DNA of 64,000 nucleotides from an uncultured Bacilli bacterium (GTDB lineage Bacteria; Bacillota_I; Bacilli_A; Mycoplasmatales; Mycoplasmoidaceae): NCBI GenBank assembly GCA_904501665.1, contig CAJGBT010000001.1, positions 657 to 64,656 of the forward strand, read 5' to 3'. Shown piece by piece: positions 59,261 to 64,000 of this stretch (position 1 is its first letter; each line of letters starts with the position of its first letter). The notes under the pieces were generated by a model. It saw only the letters and a program-made list of their open reading frames with translations, ran no database searches and was not told where the DNA came from. The position numbers and the translations under genes were made by a program.

Positions 59261-59653
59261 TTAATTTTGGGTTCTAATTGTTCCATCTTTAATATATACA
59301 AAAGATTGTGGAATATAATTAATTCCATATTCACTTAATAATTTAGGCTCGCTAAATCTTTCTATTCTACCTATCTCATAAGCAAAAGCCTTCTTAGAAT
59401 TACTAAAATAAGCATCAAATTGTTCTTTTGTAATTCCAGCATATTTTTTTGTTGCTGATCAAATTTCGTATGGAGAACCACACAAAATATTTTTAATAGT
59501 TATTTTTGCTACTATTCTCATGGTTGGGTAAGTTTCATAGATTAAAATAGAGTCAACCTTTTGTTTTGGGATTTTAGTTCTATATTCATATGTTTTTTGC
59601 TTAGCTATTATTTGACTTGAATATTCTGGTTTAATTGGTAAAATGATTGTCAT
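59261..59653 (-). CDS. ASCH (PUA-like) domain protein, 130 aa
   Basis: MTIILPIKPEYSSQIIAKQKTYEYRTKIP...ILIYETYPTMRIVAKITI...(TGA)...AFAYEIGRIERFSEPKLL...IPQSFVY is the typical ASCH layout. Confidence 0.65.
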
Positions 59654-59664
59654 ATTTGCTGCTC

Positions 59665-59793
59665 CTATTTATAAAATCTTTCCATACACCCTGATATTTT
59701 TTGTGCATAATCATCTAAACATTTTTTACAATAAACATTGTACTCATAATCTTTGTTTGGTTTCACACATAATTCACAATTTTTATTTTTCAT
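59665..59793 (-). CDS. 42-aa zinc-ribbon peptide (CxxC...CxxC)
   Basis: MKNKNCELCVKPNKDYEYNVYCKKCLDDYAQKISGCMERFYK. Confidence 0.4.
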   Translation of the reverse strand: MKNKNCELCVKPNKDYEYNVYCKKCLDDYAQKISGCMERFYK

Positions 59794-59884
59794 TATTTTT
59801 CTTCCGCTATTACATTGCTAATGCTTAACCATTCTTGATATATTTTATATAACCCTTTAATATTAATTTCATTTTCAAACTCCT

Positions 59885-60016
59885 TTAATTTTGAACATGT
59901 CAATTCCCATCACTATCAACTTTAATAGTTTGTAATGCTTTATCAATTTTTCCAATTAACTCTAAATCATCTATTTTAATCTGTTTCATTTTTTGACTTT
60001 CTAATGACTTAATCAT
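59885..60016 (-). CDS. Hypothetical 43-aa protein
   Basis: MIKSLESQKMKQIKIDDLELIGKIDKALQTIKVDSDGNWHVQN, with GAAGGAAATGA upstream. Confidence 0.3.
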
Positions 60017-60030
60017 AACATCATTTCCTT

Positions 60031-60201
60031 CTACTTTTTAAAGCATGTTTCACAAATCAAAATTGGATAGTTACTACTGTCTACATACTTTGACAAAATA
60101 ACCACTGAATATTTGTTGTGTAAATTACAATAACATGAGTCACATTTTAAATAAAGTGCATTTTTTACTTTACATAATTCTCACAATTCTTTTTTAGTCA
60201 T
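60031..60201 (-). CDS. 56-aa Cys-rich zinc-ribbon protein
   Basis: MTKKELWELCKVKNALYLKCDSCYCNLHNKYSVVILSKYVDSSNYPILICETCFKK. Its C-terminus is paralogous to that of the 141-aa protein. Confidence 0.45.
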
Positions 60202-60664
60202 TCTTATTTCTCCTAATGATGTTTGTATTTTGTTTTTTTAATGCCTTCATTTTCAAACTCCTTTTCCTAAATTGTTGTTTGATGATTATATTTTCTTCAA
60301 TTACTGCATATTTTAGTTGTCGATTAATATTATTAAATTCATTTAAATCATTTAAACTCTCAATTAATAATTTATATTTTTCTAAATTTTCATTTAATTC
60401 TTCTTTTTTACAATGACATAAATATTCATTCAATTTATTAATATTTTCATAAATTTCCATTCTAATTCATTGTCTCAATATACCTATTACTTGGATTCTA
60501 TCAAATGTTTCATAACAAATTACAATGTTATTATTTTCTAATTTTTCTACTATTCTATTTGTTAAATTAAATTTTCTTTCTATAAAATCATTTATCTTTG
60601 TTTGATCATAATTTAAATATTTAGCTAATATGTCTTTTATTTTTTTAATTTTGATTTTAAACAA
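60194..60664 (-). CDS. Hypothetical 156-aa protein (probable TTG start)
   Basis: ORFs 60467-60664 and 60194-60460 are in frame, joined by TGA. Confidence 0.5.
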
Positions 60665-60678
60665 AACATCATTTCTTT

Positions 60679-61104
60679 CTACTTTTTAAAGCACTTTTTA
60701 CAAACAAAGATTTCATCTCCAAACTGATCATAATTTAAATATAACTTATTCATCTTGGCATGACATAAAATACAAGTCTTTTCAACAGTATATTCTTCAT
60801 AATAAATAGTGTTGTTTTTATCTTTAATTAAAAACCCATTATCTTTCATTTCAATAATTAATTTTTTCTTATCAATTTTATAAATAAAGGCTAATCTTTC
60901 AATTTCTGATAAGCTTATACTTTTAACATTTTCAATGTTTTCATTTCCTTCATCATGTAATTCATTTTCAAAATAAATGTTTTCACTAACTTTTTTTAAA
61001 AACTTATCTAAATGTTTTTTCTTTGTCAAATTTTTAAACGTAAATGTTTTTGAAAAAACAGGTACTAATTCATCTTTAATAAAAACTTCAACATAATATT
61101 TCAT
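60679..61104 (-). CDS. 141-aa protein with a C-terminal zinc ribbon
   Basis: ...CILCHAKMNKLYLNYDQFGDEIFVCKKCFKK. Confidence 0.55.
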   Translation of the reverse strand: MKYYVEVFIKDELVPVFSKTFTFKNLTKKKHLDKFLKKVSENIYFENELHDEGNENIENVKSISLSEIERLAFIYKIDKKKLIIEMKDNGFLIKDKNNTIYYEEYTVEKTCILCHAKMNKLYLNYDQFGDEIFVCKKCFKK

Positions 61105-61233
61105 TATTTTGTTCCTTTCATTATTTTGTAATCCCTATCTCTTTTTTCACCATAAGAACGATGCTGATTTGGTGTTTTCTTCCTTCATTTTTTAGTTGTT
61201 CTTTTCATTATTTATTTTTCCTTTCAATAACAT

Positions 61234-61524
61234 CTAAATTCTTTCTCATCAATTTCTAAACAAATATAATAAAGCATCTTTTAATTCATCAATAAATGTC
61301 ATTGAATATTTGTTATTTAAATCAAAGAACTTTATAATTTGTTCTCAATTTTGATTAATAAAAATTCTTGGATTTTTAGCATAAACAAAATTGTAGTTAT
61401 TATCTAAATCACTTATTTTTGATTTATTGATCTTGAAGTTATTTATAATCCAATCAGTAAGATTACCTATTAAAACAACATTTTTACCAACAAAAAAATT
61501 ATATTCATCTATTGTTTTAAGCAT
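61234..61524 (-). CDS. Hypothetical 96-aa protein
   Basis: GAAGGGA RBS. MLKTIDEYNFFVGKN...LFRNWWERI, with TGA codons. Confidence 0.45.
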
Positions 61525-61547
61525 TGGTTTTTCCCTTCTTGTTTTGC

Positions 61548-61769
61548 TTAATCTTCTTGATCATCTTCATTTTCTAATTCTTTTAAAAATTTAATAGACT
61601 GTTCTGTATTTTTTAAGTCATTTATCAAAGAAAAAAGTTCAACATTATCATAATCAATGACTAATAAATAATTATTAGATATATTTTGTTTAACTTTATC
61701 AATTTTATAAAGAGCTTGCTTTTTTAAGTTTTTATAATAATTTTGTAATTGATCTACTTTTTTATTCAT
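61548..61769 (-). CDS. Hypothetical 73-aa coiled-coil, acidic protein
   Basis: ORF from the track, ending in TAA. Confidence 0.5.
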   Translation of the reverse strand: MNKKVDQLQNYYKNLKKQALYKIDKVKQNISNNYLLVIDYDNVELFSLINDLKNTEQSIKFLKELENEDDQED

Positions 61770-61888
61770 TATTTAATTCCTTTTTCTAAATGTATAACTT
61801 TCGTCCATATCAATTAGTCCATCCAAAAAATTATCATCTTCAACTTCAATAAATTCATTGTCTTTATATCAATAAACTTTATTAATCT

Positions 61889-62137
61889 TTATTTTCATAA
61901 ACGAACCTTTTTAATAATCAAACTCAAATCATTAGATATGTAAAAGTTTTTATTTTTATCATTGATTTTAGTTAATTGAAAAGATCCGTTATTTGTTCCT
62001 TGTTTATATTTAATAATTTGGAATTGATTATTAATAATAAAAGCATTAGCAATTGTTTTATTCTTTAATTTTTTTTCATCAATTATTACATTTTCAAATT
62101 GATTTTTTAATTTATTAAACAAATTAAGTGGTTTCAT
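61889..62137 (-). CDS. Hypothetical 82-aa protein
   Basis: ORF 61895-62137 extends two codons past TGA. AAGGAG RBS. Confidence 0.5.
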
Positions 62138-62429
62138 TTTTTATCTCCTTTGTTTTTGGTGGTTTTGATTTGATTTTATTTAATACATTTTTTTCTAAAC
62201 GATTTATCAAACTATTGTTTTTTTTATAATTTCGATATGACTTAAACCCAAACATAAAAATTCATAAAAATACGCCAAATATAACAAAAATCAAATATAA
62301 AAAATTAATTGTAAATCCTAGTGCAAATCCTAAAATAATAAAGATCAAACAAAATGAAATTTTAATTAAGTTTTTCAATCAATTTTTGTCATAAATATAT
62401 TTGAAAACTTTTCTAATTATTTTTCTCAT
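62124..62429 (-). CDS. Hypothetical 101-aa membrane protein (two TM helices)
   Basis: ...ISFCLIFIILGFALGFTINFLYLIFVIFGVFLWIFMFGF... Confidence 0.5.
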
Positions 62430-62895
62430 AAATTAATAATGTATTTATTTTTTCAAATTTGTTTTTAATAATATTAATTAATTGATTTTGACAAATATTT
62501 TGACAAAGGTTATAAATATTGTTTGTTTCTTGTTCAATATATGGCTTTAGTGCTTTAATATTTGTAAATTGTCGTTTATCTGTTTGATTTTTTGAAATCT
62601 CATAAACATATTTATAAACTTTGTTATAAGCACTTATATTTCACTCTATAATATTAATTATTTTTTTTATTTCAAATACTGGTTTTAAAAGTTGATTATT
62701 ATTCAAATTATTTAAAGTTGGCATTCTAATTTTGCGATAAAAATTTGATTTTGAAATTTTCAAAAATTTTAATAATTGTTCTAATGATCAATTTAAAAAG
62801 ATACAAATTGGTTCTCAAACATCTTTTTCAAAAAAATAAGAATAATATTCATAGGTTTTGTTATAAGAATAAAAATTTGATAAATTATTTGTCAT
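62413..62895 (-). CDS. Hypothetical 160-aa protein with an HTH-like segment
   Basis: I verified the frame codon by codon. LEQLLKFLKISKSNFYRKI resembles an HTH motif. Confidence 0.5.
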
Positions 62896-63265
62896 TAATT
62901 AGTTGTTGTAAAATTTTTTCTTCTTTTCTAATTTCTAATAAACGAGTTTGAACATATTTATGAATATCATTTTTAGCATAGCTCAATTTATAACCTTTAT
63001 TTGATGCAATAATTGGGTAATTTTGCATTCTTAAATTTGCAACAATTTGTCTTAATAAGATTGGACTAATTTTTTTGGTTAAACCAGCTATAATTTGAAA
63101 AGATTTTATTCAATTATTAGATTTTTTTAAAACATTTAAAATTTCTTTTTCAATTGTTGGATCTACAAAGTTTTTAATTGGTTTTGGTTGATTATTGATA
63201 TTGAAAAATGAGTCATTAGTTTTAAATTCGTTATTTGATAAATTTATTTTAATTGTGATAAACAT
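62885..63265 (-). CDS. 126-aa winged-helix DNA-binding-like protein
   Basis: ...EILNVLKKSNNWIKSFQIIAGLTKKISPILLRQIVANLRMQNYPIIASNKGYKLS... Confidence 0.5.
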
Positions 63266-63282
63266 TTTTGTATTACTCAAAG

Positions 63283-63314
63283 TCAAAAATAAAAGATAGA
63301 AAAATCTATCTTTT
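63283..63314 (-). terminator. Terminator candidate
   Basis: AAAAGATAGA aaaa TCTATCTTTT, with a T-run on the minus strand. Confidence 0.5.
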
Positions 63315-63323
63315 GATTAATGT

Positions 63324-63785
63324 TTATTTTTGTGTAGGAATTTCTTTTGTTGAAAATAACTCTTTTTCAATTTCATCAGCTTGATCAATTGGATTTAATT
63401 CTTCTTTGTTGGCTATTTTATCATTTTTTAAAGTTTTGATAACTTCACGTGTTGAAACAAAAACTTTACCTTCAGATCATAATTTTTTATAAAAATTTCT
63501 TATATCATTTCCTGTAAGAATTTTTGGTTCTTCATTTTTTGAAGAATAAAATTGATATTCATAATCAGCTGATAAAACAATTTTTAATTGTTTTTTATCA
63601 CTTTTATTACCATCTTTTTTAGTTGGAAAAAAAGTAGCACTTTGTTTTTTAAGTAATCAACATAAACCTAATTCTGGGAATGATACACAAATTTTCTTTG
63701 TTTTTTTTCCATTTTCAGCTTCAAATTCCTTTATATGACGAATATTTTTTTCATATAAAAAAACTTCAATATATTTTTTTTCCAT
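63324..63785 (-). CDS. Hypothetical 153-aa protein
   Basis: AAGGAG RBS. MEKKYIEVFLYEKNIRHIKEF..., with TGA codons and a TAA stop. Confidence 0.5.
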
Positions 63786-64000
63786 ATTTTTACTCCTTGG
63801 AAAAACACTATATCTATATACATAGATATTAGTGGTCTTTATATTATTTCCAAAAAGCTACTACTAATAACATTCTTTTTTGTATATTGAAAAGATAATC
63901 AATAATTTTCCTCTCATCATGAGTTATTTGAGTGTATAACATAATTGCTCCCTTTCCGTACTAAAGGGGGCACTTTTTTATATATTTACAAAATTAAAAA

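Noticed and set aside
63844-63942. A 32-aa minus-strand ORF (MLYTQITHDERKIIDYLFNIQKRMLLVVAFWK) that vaguely resembles the N-terminal HTH of IS30-family transposases.
   Set aside because: Only ~15 residues are suggestive, the ORF stops immediately, and the window ends at 64000. The evidence is too weak to call a mobile element.
1-64000. Search for rRNA, tRNA, tmRNA, RNase P or SRP RNA genes and for CRISPR arrays.
   Set aside because: By eye I found no T-arm consensus (GGTTCGAATCC-like), no GAAAGTCC RNase P core, no tmRNA ends and no regularly spaced repeat-spacer array. A tRNAscan-SE and Infernal run would be needed to be certain.

Overview
This is a very AT-rich Mollicutes (Mycoplasma-like) chromosome segment that must be read with genetic code 4 (TGA=Trp). 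The supplied standard-code ORF track splits almost every conserved gene only at TGA. Joining the same-frame pieces restores full-length GlmS, ValS, RpoD, AspS, HisS, ParE/ParC, Pgi, NrdA and others, so all coordinates below are my code-4 re-joins.

Layout:
- 1-5.9 kb: a variable surface-protein locus. It holds a tail-anchored surface protein with a 759-bp internal tandem duplication, decayed IS256-family and ATPase fragments, and a lipoprotein gene whose signal-peptide region carries a G9 tract that leaves it out of frame.
- 5.9-49.9 kb: housekeeping core. Genes are glmS, a K+ channel, engB, valS, ispH, udk, an aldehyde dehydrogenase, pdp, rpoD, trmK, a Nif3-family gene, a peroxiredoxin, rpoE, fba, ychF, tdk, aspS, hisS, yqeH, yqeG, parC, parE, prpC, prkC, rsgA, pgi, a 1233-aa modular surface protein, ispF, hemW and trmB. 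It also holds an E. coli-type class Ia nrdB-nrdA pair with no stop codon between the two genes.
- 49.9-64 kb: an accessory block transcribed entirely on the minus strand, with short, often TAATG-coupled genes, resembling a phage, plasmid or island. It contains:
  - a candidate iteron replicon: a winged-helix Rep-like gene, seven ~22-bp direct repeats, and a reused terminator/promoter cassette whose inverted repeat matches the iteron core;
  - a DprA-like gene;
  - a GC-richer ~300-nt hairpin-rich region that ends in a plus-strand terminator;
  - a six-gene operon: Fic/Doc-like A, an 86-aa ORF, Fic-like B, an RHH protein, a fused nuclease-methyltransferase and an HsdS-like subunit. The nuclease-methyltransferase gene is switched out of frame by a (GA)11 tract, the S gene has a perfect 24-bp duplication in its central spacer, and both Fic/Doc paralogs carry Gln in place of the catalytic His.

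I recognised no rRNA, tRNA or CRISPR array. All family assignments rest on motif-level reading from memory; no database search was possible.
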